Positions 13,201 to 26,972 of a stretch of DNA of 64,000 nt are shown here, piece after piece (position 1 is the stretch's first letter; each line of letters opens with the position of its first letter). Source of the DNA: Hyphochytrium catenoides (lineage: Eukaryota > Protista > Hyphochytriomycota); assembly GCA_900088475.1 (NCBI GenBank), contig FLMG01001771.1:30632-94631 (forward strand), written 5' to 3'. Below the pieces are notes generated by a model, which was not told where the DNA came from, searched no databases, and was given only the letters and a program-made list of their open reading frames with translations. A program made the position numbers and the translations under genes.

Positions 13201-14818
13201 AGCTGCTCAGAGGATGCGGAAGGAGATAGACCTCAGCACAAGCGACAAACGCAGGCTAGAGAGAGAGAAGGAAGTGCTGCACCAAAGGTTGAGCCACACG
13301 CAAGAACAGGTAAGCGGTAAGAGCTAGAGCTCGGTCATTCAAGGATGTTAAATAGATCGGACCATGGCGATGACCCAAGCTTTAGAGGTATGGTTAATCC
13401 TCGACGAGACGTCTAATATGGTCACGCGTATAGTTGACGCAGCTCAAGAGCGACCACTCCTCCTTGAAGACAAAAGCCACTGATCTTGATCAGCAACTGT
13501 CTAATGCGAAAAAGAGTCAAGGGTAAGTGGCGCTCTACATCTGCAACCTCTTCTCCTGCTCTCTCCATTACCTCCTCTGCATCTTCCGGTTTGTAGAGTA
13601 CGTACCTCGTAACCCTCATATACTCTCGTGACTGTGTAATCCTTGACTCTTGTCTGAAAGATATCCTCTGCCACAGGGAGACAGAAGCCAAACTCAGGGC
13701 AGCAGAGCAGCAACTGGAGCAGTTGAGACTACGCTGTCAGTCCTCAAAAGACCAGCTTCAGCATGTTAAGCAAGGGTCAGAGAGCAACAGAGTTATGCAT
13801 GAATCCATTATCCAAGAATTACAGGTTAGGGGCTGCTCTAGCCTTCTTTTACCCGCTACCAATTGTTTTCTTCATAACGCTTCTACCTCCCTCTGGTCAT
13901 CTCATCGCATCGCGGTTCACTTTGTTCTTTCCCTGCCCATCTTCACCTCACGATAGCTAGTCCTCAACCGCTTGCTTGGCGTTTGTGTCCGTCAGGCTCA
14001 CCTTACCCAACACCAGCAGCAGTCAGAGTTGCGTCAGGCTGCTGTGGACCAGCAGATGGAACAACAGAGACAAGAGGCGCAGGTCGTTTGCCTATCACCG
14101 GAGGGGTGGGCAACATTATGGCAGCTGAAAGATAGATAGACAGATAGATAGATAGACAGAAACAGCCAGACTCTAGGGAGAGAGGGAACAGACACCACAT
14201 CTGTAGGGAGCAAAGTGCAGTGGAAGGAATCCTTGGGACAGCACTTCCTCTCTTACTTTCGTATTCAACACGCAGGCACAACTAAACGCTGCGATCGAGA
14301 AAGTCTCGAGGTATAAGTCAAAGCTGCTGGCTCTGTACCAAAAGAACCAGAGAGTCAAGGAGCAGCTCGCCCAGTCTACAATTGTGAATCATTCGCTCAA
14401 GCAAAGCAGGCCCAGCTTGGATTTGGACGGAATAGCGCGGAAACTAGACCAGGTTGCTTTGTCCTTCCCACTGCCTTTCTTACCCCTGCGACACCTTTGA
14501 TTACTAGCTGATTTCCCCTTTTCCTCTTCCCGATTTCATCCTTCTTCATCCTCCTGTCCGAGTTCATAACATATCAAGGGTATCTTGGCAGAAGTGTGTC
14601 CTTAGCTGGTGCCCCTCCTACATTCTCTATCACTAAGAATTGCTTTATTTTAGCTCAATGCAGACGGAAGCATATCCAATTTTTCTGTCCTCGATTCTCC
14701 CTCTCGACTGGGTAGTCCAAGTCGCTTTGGACTTGCGCCAGATAGCCTGCTTAGAAGCCCCAGAAGAGCCTCGGATCTTTATAGTTTGAGGACCCCAGAA
14801 GAACGGGAAGAAAAATAA
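10253..14818 (+). CDS. Long coiled-coil protein, CEP83 (CCDC41)-like distal appendage protein; multi-exon, crosses two N gaps
   Basis: Spliced exons give a continuous heptad-rich product ending ...TPEEREEK* (TAA 14816-14818). RLMEKAKDFE and DSSLRALRREKETL...EVEALHKE resemble CEP83 segments (ELVEKTKDLE; DSKRVEQLAREK) from memory. Coiled-coil similarity can mislead. Confidence 0.5.
11150..11170. other. Assembly gap (N run)
   Basis: N characters. Confidence 1.
12519..12615. other. Assembly gap (N run)
   Basis: N characters. Confidence 1.
14131..14160 (+). repeat. GATA/GACA tetranucleotide microsatellite in an intron
   Basis: gatagatagacagatagatagatagacaga. Confidence 0.85.
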
Positions 14819-15414
14819 ATGGATGCGAGGAAATGCAGAACCTCCCAGAAGATAGAACCTAGGCTCGCCGAAGCTAAGCCTAAAGGATGCAGAGAGACGG
14901 CAGAAGCATTCCAATGGGGAGAAGGCTAGTAGGCTGAGCCAAGAAGACGAACTGCGCTGCTAAGCTAAAAGACAGGTCCTGGGAACTGAGAAGAAGAATG
15001 TAGAGTACCTTTCATAAAGGGGACAGCGAAAGGACATAAGAAGCGGTGCACGATAAAAGAGCAGTACACCAAGGAGACTGCCTAGAAAGGGCGAGAGTTG
15101 GGAGGCAGAATAAGGCTTGTAGCTTGTTATCACCGGTCGAGAGCTTAATATTTATACTCGTGAAGGAAGCTGCATCGTTGGTGATGCCTAAACTCCTTCC
15201 CGCTTTCGCAGAGCAGAGCAAGAACAAGCACGACGGAAGTGGCATGATGCTCGACTGATGAGACTCTTACTCCGCTCACTGCCATATTCCGCTTTTTCAT
15301 ACATATGCCTCTCCTTGTCACATTCTTAACAAAAGGACTCAGTGCGAATTTCTGGTCCGCTTCAGCGGCATCCTGTTCAAACCCTTGTTCGACCAGACCC
15401 TCTTCCGTCAGCTC

Positions 15415-15675
15415 TTAACCTTGGTTCTCCTGCTGGTACTCTGCAAAGCGCACACCCACTCGCTGGGAATGCTTTAGAAACTTGTCAGCGCAGTGGCTGA
15501 CGCAAGAATCCTCCTTGTCCTCCAGCTTCTTGGAGCGGAAGCTTTTGACGCATTCATCGAAGCACTTCTCGACAACACGATTGTACATGAGCAGAGAGTC
15601 CTTTATCTGCGCGGTCTCCAGATGCCGCATAAACTCGGCCTTCTGTTTATCGGGAAGCGATGCAACCATATTCAT
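15415..15675 (-). CDS. TIM9: Mitochondrial intermembrane space chaperone Tim9 (small Tim, twin CX3C)
   Basis: 86 aa with QIKDSLLMYNRVVEKCFDECV...EDSCVSHCADKFLKHSQRVGVRFAE. Probable 5'-UTR intron (donor near 15808). Confidence 0.92.
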   Translation of the reverse strand: MNMVASLPDKQKAEFMRHLETAQIKDSLLMYNRVVEKCFDECVKSFRSKKLEDKEDSCVSHCADKFLKHSQRVGVRFAEYQQENQG

Positions 15676-16788
15676 CTTGCCTTAAGACGAAGAGGATTGA
15701 CGAGAACGATCGTGCTTCCTGTCATGAAAAGAGAACAAGTAATAAGCCTTCGCTCATTGCTGTCCATCAATGAACAGCAGGGACTCAACTAGGCCCATAG
15801 AAGCTTACCTGGACTACCGTCTGCCAACGAGAAGATGCTTCTAGCAAGGAAATGTGCCTTTCTGGACGCTCTGCTGTAGGTCTTAAGACACACTGATGGT
15901 CGAGTGAGAAGCTGTCGAGTCGAGAACTCAATAACCATCATCCGCAGACTCCGCAGACAGAACATAAAACCCGATTTCAGGAAAACCAATCATTAGAACC
16001 ATCTGTTTCTAATAAGTGACAAGAAAGTACAATAGATTCTAAACCAAGCTCATCTAGACGTGTTTTATCAGGAACGACGAAGGCTTTAACTGTGATCAGA
16101 GAGACAGAGCGATCTGACGGATAGAGCTCCTCTTTTCGCCAAGTAGCTGTGTCTCTTCTTGGTCATTGAGTTTCTCTCCTGGTCCACAGAAATCTCGTGT
16201 CTCAATCTTCGCCGTTTGGGCCCCAAAAGGCGATAGATGTTGCCCATGCTATGCATTCTGGGAAACTTCGCTTGAGGCAAGCTGCAGAAGCTGCCTAAAG
16301 ATAGGGAACTTCTGCATTAGCAGGCCTTCTATCACCTGACTTCAGAGTGAGCTTCTACCTGCAGAAATACTTTTATAGAGTAGAACGTCTGCGAGAAGGC
16401 GGCTCCTTCTCGGAGCTCTGAAGAGCACCTTATTAGACTGCCCTTGAATTTTGCCTAAGCGCGAGTGAGATTGTCAATTGATGGCGTTCCTCCTCGCACT
16501 GAAATCCATAGAAAGATCGACGGTTTGACGACAAAGCGGAGGGAAAAGAGCCGACTCAGGTGCTTACACATCATAAATAAAATACTAAATGTTAGTGTCG
16601 CTACCCTGGTCAGACGCTCACTCTCTTCTTACATTCTCTCTCTTCCGAAGGGTCCGTGGTTAGCACTCCAGAAATTCTGAAGTAATATTGTCGCCTTCAC
16701 CACCTATCTTCCTCATAATCTGTCGTTCCGCTAATCTAATTTGCGCTGGCAGTTCATACCACTCCTGCGCCTCTCCACTGTCTTGGGC

Positions 16789-19700
16789 TTAATTTACCTT
16801 CCTTACGCTCACAGGGCATGAGGAATAGATCAGCATCTCCAGTTCGCCCTCCTCCGGGTTAAATGTAGAGGGCAGCAAGCAATAGAGTCCGGGCTCTAGA
16901 CTTACAGTCGGCGTCACGACCCCCGACACAGTATTGACGTACACACCTTGATTTGATGTGCAGCCAGCGTATGCAGCGTTCGGGTTAGTGCTTGGGCTCA
17001 AGGAGCACCCCGCAGAGGTCTGATATAGGGAGATATTCATGGCTGGGTAAGGTTTCCCCGATAGCCAGCGCAGGCGGACGAAAAGAGCGCACCTAGAACA
17101 ACGGGAGACAACAGACAAAAACAAGAAAGGGATTCAAGGGTGAGTCAGGGCCACCAGGTCGAAAGGATCAATAGATGAAAGGGAGAACTGCTAAGCCAGA
17201 GGAAGACAAGTACTTCAGGAAGTCCATGGATTAGGCGAGCAGCCATAAGGAGAGTCAGCAGGGTGAACGCCAGCGTGCCAGCAGGCCGTGGAGAAAGCAG
17301 GGTTGTGGCACTCACTTGCTGATCACTTCTAACAAATACTTAGGGTTCCTTCTATATTTGCCGTGGTTGTTGCAGCCCGCAGCTGTCCCTTCCGCGTGGC
17401 TCCAAGCTCCCTTCACAGTCTGCTCTATCATCCCCTCGCCTTCAGGAGGGACAGGGCGTAGCTGATGGGGCTTAGAAGTGCAAACAGTGAGCTTGAAGTC
17501 GCCACAGCTACCTGCTCACGAACCGAATGGTGCAAAATGAAGGACGGAAACGCCAGAAAGCAGTATAAGGCCAAGGGTTAGAATAGGATCAGGGGTGCAA
17601 GGCTTAAGGATAGAAGAAATAAACCGGGTAGAGCCGCTGAAAAAGCTATAACAGCACCACAGAAGGCGCGGAGAATGGACATATAGCCATGAAATGGGTG
17701 AGGAAAACCTCTTTGAGTTTGCCTTTACTTGCAGAACAGTACCTTTCTCAAAAGTAGAAGGGATGATGCAATACACTCCCGGGGCCAGGGTATCCTTCTC
17801 TAAGTAGCAGAAGCCACTGCGATAGTCCCCCGAAGATGTCTCCTCACCGCTCAGGGCAACTGAGGCGACCCTTCCACTGCTGCGCACCACCCGGACGTTG
17901 ATCGGAAATTGAAGAGGGCCGTCTAAGAACACGAGGAGGGCCGTTTCTTGCTCCAGTGTAAGGAGCCACTGGGGATTGTGGAGGAAGCTAGGAAAACGGG
18001 GGTTGCCACCTACGCCAGAGGTCGGAATAACGAAGTAAAGAAAGCAAGGAAAAGAGCCCAAGAAAGAGGTATCAGCCATACGTTAGAGAATTGTCCCCGC
18101 ATAACGGTCACCTAGATGTAGCATAACTAAAGAGGGACTCTGTTACAAATATGGGCAGACCTAGCCAACTCTCCACAACAGTAACATAGAAGCGAGTAAC
18201 ATGTTCCTCAATGTGTTCGCCACGCACCAGCTGTCTTTTGGTCCCATGCCCCGCCGAGTGATGTCTTAAAGGGCAATCCTTCCTCTGTCTCTTTCATGGT
18301 AAACGGGCATGTGGAGAATATGTCAAGAGTGTAGTCTATTGGCCTGAGTTTCTCATACTGGGAAACCACCAACGAGTAACACGACACGCCAGGTGGGGGA
18401 TCTATGCGCATCAAGACGTGTGGGTTGTTGCTATAGACGCCACGAAGTAGAGCATCCTGAGGATAGATGACTCGCTTTCCTTCCCTCCCTACACAGCGAT
18501 ATAATGAGTTAAGGAAGAGAGCCTGGGAGTCAGAAAAACCGACACCAAGAGGAGGCGTAGGAATGAGCATATCCACGAAGAGGAAAAACAAACTCCTCCT
18601 ACGGCTGAGCTAGAGGTTAGCATAAAACAGAATCCTAGGTGCGGGCTAGGAAGAAGGCACCACAGTGAGATTGGCAGCAGCAGGAAAGCAAGCCACATCC
18701 GTAAGAAAGTAAGGTGCAGAACGCATCAACTCCTTGGGGCGAATAGGGCTAGTCGTGATGTTACCTTTGTAGACGTGAAGCGTTAAAAAGTCTTGTTCTA
18801 CCACTTGCTCCTTACTGCACGTATGTCGGGTCAGTAGTGCCCACACTGAACCCCCGACTTCTGCTGCATCTCCCTTCTCCTCTGGTTTTACAGCGCTGTT
18901 CTTCTTTATCTCCTCAGCGTTAACAGTTAGAGTGTATTGAGGATTGTACGCGACAGTGTAGGCGTCGTTTTCCGGTCCAATAGTCACTGGCCAATGCCTG
19001 TGTATTACTGTGCGAAAGGGAAAGAGCTCTGGATTCCAGTTCATGAAAAGCCCACGGAAGTACCGCTTAACCGACTCAAAGTCAATCCAGAAGATGCCAT
19101 TGTCATCTGTGAGGGCTAATTGCTGCGGAAGAAGCGTGAAGAGAGATTAGTGAGCGGTGCATGTCTGCCATCGTAGACAATTCAGCAGGTGCATCGAGGG
19201 ATTCTTCAGTATCAGCGAATGAACCTAACAGTGTCCACTACAGTACACAGCATTGACCGCTACATTGAGAACTGTTGACAATTTGCTTACCGGATCATAC
19301 TGAAGTTCCTGCAAGAGCTTTGGCGTCCAATTAGAGTAATCCGAAGCTGAGTATGGGCCTCGCCACCGGACCCGGCTCCAAGGATTCTTTACCTGTCCAA
19401 GCATCGAGCACTTTAGTCGGACCTACCAGACGGGACAAGCGAGTACTAGCACAGACGCACTCCAATTGGCTCTAATCACGACCAGCCCACAGTCATGCAA
19501 GGACGAGAGGCATGCGGTGCCCACCTGTAGTAGGCGCACGCCACAAGCTTCTCTAACATCCAGCACCGCGTAAGCGTGCGACTCCACAAGACCTAGCCTA
19601 TGTGCCTAGAACAAAGCGGAATATAGCGGTGTAGAGAGAAAAGACTAGTTTAGTCAACTGCATGACGGAGGTAAGGCAACGCCCGGACAATTGACAGGCT

Positions 19701-22480
19701 CCACTGCGGAAATCGAAGCGACTTGATAGGAAGATGGAAAGTGAGATATCTACGACAGTCCAGTGAGATTACCCGTACAATTATACTCGCCCCAAGACAC
19801 CAGTGACAAAGTAGTGACTGAGCTTACCTCTTCTCTCTCCATTTCACCCGTGGATATTGTGATCAAACAATCCCCGTACTTTGAAGCGGAGACCAGCCGT
19901 GCCCAAGTTCTCTCGTATTCCTTCTCCTCCGTACTCCCCGGCTCAAACTGCAGAGACTCTGGAATCCAGCCAGTCAAAGAGAACAGATCGATACCAGAAT
20001 TGCTGCCTGGAAAGTCATAGCCGCCATGAACCTTCATGTATGCCTTTTCAATTATGGACACCTGACGAGGTCGCGTTAGTTCAAGAACCAAGTAAGACAC
20101 AGAAGCAACGTGCCACACTGGCCAACCTGGCAGGAAAGCTGTATCTGACAGTGGGATCACAAGCATTGGTGCAAAAATAAATTGACGAAAAGTTACTGCA
20201 GACATGAGGCATGTCTTGGTTCAGACTAGACGAATCGAGATGGGGAGCTTACCCAGAGTTCTCCTGAGACTGCTGAGTAGGAGCAAAGCAGCTTCAGGTC
20301 CTTGTCTACAGGTAAGAGGTCATCTACAATGACCTTCCTTGCTATCCCATTGATCCAAAGCTTCACCATGTACTTGCCACTCCTGACCATAAGGAGAAAA
20401 GCAGTCGTATTGTATGAACAAATGCAGTTTTGAAGAACAAGGTAACCAAAAGAGTCGAGGATTGACGGTTGGTAGCTGAAGAGAGAATTGACTCCATCCC
20501 AGGAACAAGACGACGCGACAACGCTGCAAGAAGACAGGAAGGATGGATACAATTTGTGAGACTGCTTTTTGAGCTTCTTACGGATTGTAGAGTGGCTCCC
20601 CTTGGGCATTCTGGGGATAAATTATGTTCGTGATCAGTCGCTTCTTCCATTTCTGCTCATATGCGGCCGTAATGCAGAGGGATGCTACGAACGAGCAGTC
20701 CGTCACCAAATCCTATATCCGAAGGAGGTTGGAAGGGTCAACTTAGAGCTAAGAGGATAGAAGGGAATGCAGTAAGATCACGCTTGGGAAAGGTAGCCAC
20801 CTAGGAAGGACCGTATGATGGAAACCGGAGGTGAGCTCTTTGTACCTGCGTGATTGAAAGGGCGGACACTTGCTTGATCATGCTAGGTGTCCCGTGATAA
20901 AACTGCGACGGGCGCATCCAACTGAAGAACCTTTTCTGCTGCTTAGAGGACAGAGGTAGTACAGTGTCGTCCGTGTACGGCCGTGAGAAATTGAACACCT
21001 GCTCAATTTTGAAGAGGGCACACATTCAGGGATCCCAGCTAACAAGGGTCGTCAAAGGGTACGACGAGATGCAATACAATGAGTCACGCGGCCATGGCGT
21101 TAAGGCAAACTTTGAATGAGAAAGTACTCTCACGTGCATAAGAAAACACCAGATAACAAATGGACAAGGAGTGACGGAAAGGAGAGATATAATGAGGAGC
21201 GGTAATTAAAGGGCAATGACCTCGCTAGTCTCATCCGAGTCAAGCCAGGGCAAAAATATGCGACCGTTGATGGTAGAAGATCGCCGCAGGACGTCCAGCT
21301 CAGAATCCGAATACCTTTCCACCTTCTTTTCTGTGGATAAAGTTCTAGCTGATAGTCCTGCTGCTGGTATCACTGCACGGCTTGAATTAGGCGATGGGGC
21401 TGGTGCGGTCCTCAGGCTATTGATATGCTCAATACGGTCCAAGATGGTAACCACCTTCTCGGAAAGGGCCTTCTTTTCACTTTCATGCATGTCCCTCATG
21501 CAGGATATGAACCTAGCCGGAACGGGCCATAGGTAGATCACCACGGGTGAGAAGCCGGGATAGATTACTTAGATAGAATCAAAAGTAAGAAAGACCAGAG
21601 AGAAAGGTCGAGCTCGGAGAGTTCTGGGAAAGACGGGTTCAGACGCGATTCTGAACAAGCGAGAAGATGCCAGCAGGAAGCCAAGACATGCCAACCTGAA
21701 GTCTCATTCTCCTTTACCTTTCAGCTGCGGCTGCATACGAAGCTTTTGAGTCTGCCCATCGGCCGTGGCTCTCGTCATCCTGTGCTTGCCTCAGCAGCTG
21801 TTCTGCCTCCTCCAGAGGCGTGAGGGGATACCTGGGCTGAGAAAGACTAGGAGCTTGGTCATCCAATCTCCCACCTTTGGTAGAAGGCGCTCGAGGAGGA
21901 AGACCAGGAGATGAGGAAGATATATCCAAGCCACAGAGCTCCAGGTCAGAACTGTCAGAGCCATCGCCGTCGAAGATATCGGTTAAGGAGAAATTCTTCC
22001 TGAGAACTATTGGCATGCATGAGCCTCGATGTAAACGAGTATCAAGAGAGGAAGAACCGTTTTTGTTTATTATTGGAACCGCGGGCACTTTGTAAAGACG
22101 GGAGAGGGAATAAGCGTGTTCAAGTGGCCGAGAAGCCGACTGGAGACAATATGCAGACCTGAAGGGCAGCAGACAAAAGAATCTGAAGTGCACGCTTATG
22201 ACGTACCATTTGCCATCTGAACATTTCCGGGCCGATCAACCATCGCCTGCAATGCACCCATCCTCTGCCGGTATTCTTGTGCTCTGGCAAGTATTAGGGC
22301 TCGATCCCCTTCGTTCTTCACCAGTTGCGACGCAATGGCCTGCTCAAGCTTGGAGGCCGCGGCCCCATACAGGCTTATTGCTTCTCCAAAGTGCTGCTGG
22401 CAATCAGCTTCAACAGCCTTTTGGGCTAGCTGAAGCCCCTCGTGGGCAAGCGTGGGTCTAGGGGATGCTGGGGCATCCAT
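16789..22480 (-). CDS. CAPN7: Calpain-7/PalB-type cysteine protease (N-terminal MIT domains, CysPc, C-terminal calpain domain III repeats); multi-exon
   Basis: MIT-like start ([20 protein letters not shown]...ARAQEYRQR). Catalytic triad motifs [24 protein letters not shown] and LLQVKNPW. Also [30 protein letters not shown] and domain III motifs (GG..NP; PSTFEK/PSTFNP). Confidence 0.92.
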
Positions 22481-23653
22481 TGGCTACCCGCTGCTCCGCT
22501 AGACCAGCCCAACGTTGGCCGAGAGTTTGGCTAGTTGCTTACAAACTTGAGGATTGGTCGAGTAGAAGCAAACAGGCATGCAAAAGACCCTAAGTGTCGC
22601 AGGGTCCGTCTCCTGCTGCACCATTTCCGCCCAAGTCAAATATTCCTCAGAAGGCAGCATTTGTAACTCTTCTTTCTGTCATCAAGCTTCACCGGCACGT
22701 GCAGGATCACTCTTCTTCTGCTCCTACTCCTCCGACCCTTTATCACCCGACACATCAAGATTACTCTGCTTGCTGCTGTCTGTAGCGACCCAGCTCTTCG
22801 CTGGTCGCAGCCTACTGACATCTGGAGAGCCCTAAATGAGCGATAACCACGGTCCTTGGATCTCTGTCTGCAGTATCAGAATCCATTCCACTGTCCAACA
22901 TTTTTCTGCATTTGTAGAGACAGCTCCCAATAAGCCTGCAAGAACCCACCATCAAACACACTCCTTACCCAGATGACACCCCACACTCAAAGTCTCATTA
23001 TATTATGTAGCTAAACAGTCTAACACAGCGTTATTCGTAAACTCTTGTACTCAAATGACGCTGTAAGTAAGAAGGGGAGAGGAGGCGGTTAGCGGCTCAT
23101 TGAAGACTGAGGTTGGGCTGTTACAGATCTCGCGGATCGCCCATCACTGGCTGTCTCCTCACCCAGAGGAAACAAGAAAGAACAAGATTAGAGAGATGAC
23201 GAAGAGTGAAGAAGGACAGACAGCACATTGGTGGATGGAGAGAGGGGAAAGAAAGCGTAAGGAAGGGGATCGAGACAGAGGTGAGAGGTAGTTGAAAAGA
23301 GAGAGAGAGAGAGGGGTAACTATGGGAAGGACCAAGAGGAAGGAGAATGATGAGGAGTTGCTTCTTCCTCGCAAGTGAGTTGCACAGTAGCTGCGTTGCT
23401 GAGCGAAAGGCAACAGAAGAGTTGGGTCGTCGCTGCTGGTCTCCCAGAGATCGTATTGGCATTGCGAGACATCATATCTCCTGACTCTACCGCCGCGCCC
23501 GCGTCCGTAACCTACCCTCGGCCACTCATCGGCTTGAAACGTAGCAAAGAACCAGGAGGTAATATAAAGTGAAGTCTAGCGAGGAGCTCACTGATTGTGA
23601 GGGGAAGGCTTGGCTTGCATTCTCTTTTGAGCGTTCTCTACCTTAGTGCAACC

Positions 23654-24735
23654 ATGGGTCTCTTTGAAATGCTCTCAGACGCTTTGGGCTTCAACAAGCG
23701 GAAAGCCAGGATCCTGATCGTTGGTCTAGATAATAGCGGAAAGACCACGATCATCAACCATCTGAAGCCTAACAAGGGACTCACTCATGAGGTGGTCCCA
23801 ACTATCGGCTTTCAGGTGGACGAGTTCTCCAAAAAGAATGTAAACTTCACCGTCATTGACATGTCAGGACAGGTACGAGGCAGGGACCAAGGCTAGCATG
23901 GTTGATTGCCATCAGATATGTGAAGGGGAGAGTGTTGACATGTGCGTCCTTCTAATGATGCTTTTCTTTCCTTACTATCAGAGCAATTACCGCGCTCTTT
24001 GGGAGAAGTATTATAAAGAAGTTGAGGTAAGGACACTCCCACGTAGGACAAAGAACACTTGATAGGGTCAAATCACGAAGTAGCGGGACAGAAGGGAAGA
24101 TATATGTGAGTAGTGGATGAAAGGGAGATTCCATAGCACGGATGGTCGAACAATAAAGAGAGAGACAGTATGGAGAGACGAAGGTCAAGAGACACCAGGG
24201 AAGGCAATCGCCAACAGTTGGCGATTAATACTTTCTCACTTTCCTATGATGTAGGCTATTATTTACGTAGTGGATAGTACAGACAAAGTCCGCATCTGTG
24301 TAGTCAAAGACGAACTGGAGGAGCTTCTCCACCATAAAGACTTGGGGCGCTCTCTTCCCGTCCTTTTCTATGCGAACAAGGTCAGACTTTTGGCCATCAG
24401 GATGCTTCTTTCGGTAAACATTCTCGTTCTCATGGCTAAGCCTTAACGTTTACATTGCAGATGGACCTTCCTCATGGACTCTCTCCCGTCGAAATCGTGC
24501 AACTCCTGGGCCTAGACAAGTTAAAGGAGAAGCCCTGGCATATCACGTAAGTCCGATTGATAGCTGGTTGTGACTCGCTTCTTTAAGTGTAACGCTGTGC
24601 GCTATCAACTTCACCTGGTTTCGGGATTGTCTCTCACTGTTTCTCTTCAGTGCGAGCAACGCCCTCACTGGAAGCGGTATCGATGATGGCATTGACTGGC
24701 TGGCAGATAACCTCAAGAAGAATAACAAGAAGTAA
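23654..24735 (+). CDS. ARL6: ADP-ribosylation factor-like 6 (BBS3) small GTPase; 5 exons
   Basis: MGLF.. N-myristoylation start, GLDNSGKTTIINHLKP, VPTIGF, DMSGQSNYRALWEKYY, VVDSTDK, FYANKMD, ASNALTG. DMSGQ and GLDNSGKT are typical of ARL6. Confidence 0.9.
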
Positions 24736-24884
24736 TTGCTTCGAGCCCAAATAGCAAAGCGAACAATAGAATTATTGAATCAGGGGCGTTGGCCTGATGT
24801 ATAGTGTCATACCAGTTGCGGAGGGGAAAGATATAGGACATTTCAGGTTATCCTGCCTTATTCAAAAGGGAAGCTAACGAAAAC

Positions 24885-26237
24885 TTAGTCATCGTCATCA
24901 TCATCATCTTTTCCTTCTTGTCCCATCAACTGCTTGAAGAGCTTTCCTGGATCTCCAGACGACTGCATCTGCTCCTCCATTTGCTTTCTCTCTTCAGGAT
25001 CTGCGTGTGCAGTTTTTGATTCTTTAAGCCAGCAGCGAGGCATCAGTGAGGATGAAGCGATACATCACTTACCCATGTTCTCCATCATCTTGGGCATGAC
25101 GAACACCATCAGCAACGTGAAGCCCATCATAAGGACCATCGGATTCTTTAGAATATGACCAATGCCAAACGATTCTTTAACCTGGGACAAACTCCGTTAT
25201 CAATGTCGCTCAGATCTTTGTTTTACCCATATCCACCCAGTGTGACTCCCTCAACACTCGGCTCGATTCTCAAGTTGCTAAGTGTATGCCCTGTACCTCA
25301 AAGAAATTCCAAGCCGTATGAGCGTTAAGGACGAAGGGGTGGGTAGCTTGCAGTGCTGGCGCGCCTGGATACTTGTACTCCACGGCATCCTTCAGGGTGC
25401 TGTCGTCCCGAATATCAAATTTGATCTGATTCCAGCATGGTTAAGGATAGTTAGGCACACAAATATCAACCCATGGAGGCGAGCAAACCGTTTATAGATT
25501 GAACTAGCAGGCGAGATAAAGTGAAGGCAGCTGATAGAGACACCGGACAAGAACATATAAAGATACCGAACAAGGGGAGTGGTAGTGGTGGCTGCGAAGC
25601 ACTATACTGGAGCGAGCCTAGATCGGCCAAAGTGACCACAATGAAGCAGGCCCAGGGCAAGGCCTAGCACTCCAATGTGACACATAGACAGCTTCATTTT
25701 GAAGAAATGCCCTTGGAGCGAAGCGAAGGAGGGAACAAGCTCGCGAACTATCTTCCAACTAGACAGCCATAATAGGGGGCTCTCGCCTGAAACTGACCTG
25801 ACTGAAGGCGTGTGTAGGAGAGAGAATCTCCAAGGTGTATGTCCCTGGCGGAATATCATAGAAGGAGAAACTGCCATCTGCTCGGGTGAAGGCAGTGAGC
25901 TGACCGCCATTTAGTTGCACCTGGATCAAAGAATCGGTTAGATTGTGATCTCAGTCTACTAGCGGCTATCTCGCTAATACCTTGGTCGTGGGATTAAACT
26001 GGTTGGGATACACGACCATTCCCCTGATCTGACTCCGCCTTGAGAAGATCGCAGTCATTAGGTCAGGCGGCATGGCCAAAGACCAGACACATATATTTGA
26101 GAGCTTTAACGAGGCCAAGTACAGGGATCATTTGGGCGTATACACTATGGAGAGAATACTCACCTCGCCTCTTCAGATCTGACTGTGGCGCACACTGCAA
26201 GGAAGACAATGAAGATGAGAAAGTTCCTCGGCTTCAT
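24885..26237 (-). CDS. EMC7: ER membrane protein complex subunit 7 (DUF2012); 6 exons
   Basis: Signal peptide MKPRNFLIFIVFLAVCATVRS, then LNGG...RADGSFSFYDIPPGTYTLEI..P...F, HPFVL, and TM segment ILKNPMVLMMGFTLLMVFVMPKMMENMDPEE. Not in the ORF track as one piece; reconstructed from GT-AG exons. Confidence 0.85.
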
Positions 26238-26972
26238 GGCTCTCTTCTTCTATGCTCAAAGGTTCTTCCTCCTCGGACTCAGCGGCTGGCTGCTGTAACT
26301 CCTTGTATCCGCTGGAGAGAGCCGCTTTAGTGCACGTTGGCCTTAGGCTTTCTTGAGCGAAAATGCCACTAAATCTCCGTTAAAATGTGCTGTGAATGTG
26401 ATGATGTAGAGAAGACCTGTGACCTATGACCCATGAACTTTAATATTTGTAGAGACTGATTATCGGCAAAAAGCGAGCTCAATGAGTTTTGGCTTGAGGC
26501 TTGAGATCGGCTGACATCCTGAGAAGCCGGTACCGGCTAGTCATGTTTCCTTGTCGCTCTGTTTCTTTTGAAGTCACTCTTTTCTCCATACAAAGATACA
26601 GAAGAAGTTCTACTCCTTGGGCGGTACTGATGATGTGTGAGAGGAGGGAAGAGAGTGGGAACAGTTAATCCAGACTCCTCCTTTTGTCTCTATGTTTCCG
26701 CTTTTCTGGGTCAGTTATTAGTTTGCTTCTCTATTCTACTATAGTAGTGATGTATGCAAAAAAAAAAAGAAGAAAGGAGTACTACTGCTCCTCATCATCA
26801 TCAAAAAGAAGAGAAACAAGGAGATGTGAAAGGAAAAGAAGGAATAGAGGAGAGGAAGAAGAAGGATGAGGCAAGGGCTACAAGGCCTTGACCTCTTCAT
26901 CTCTCTTCTCTTATCTTCATTTTCATCATCAGAAGGGAAGAAGAAGAAGTATCATACTCGTTAATTTCTTCT

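Noticed and set aside
26396-26462. Box C/D snoRNA (TGATGA ... CTGA)
   Set aside because: No convincing terminal stem or rRNA-complementary guide that I can identify.
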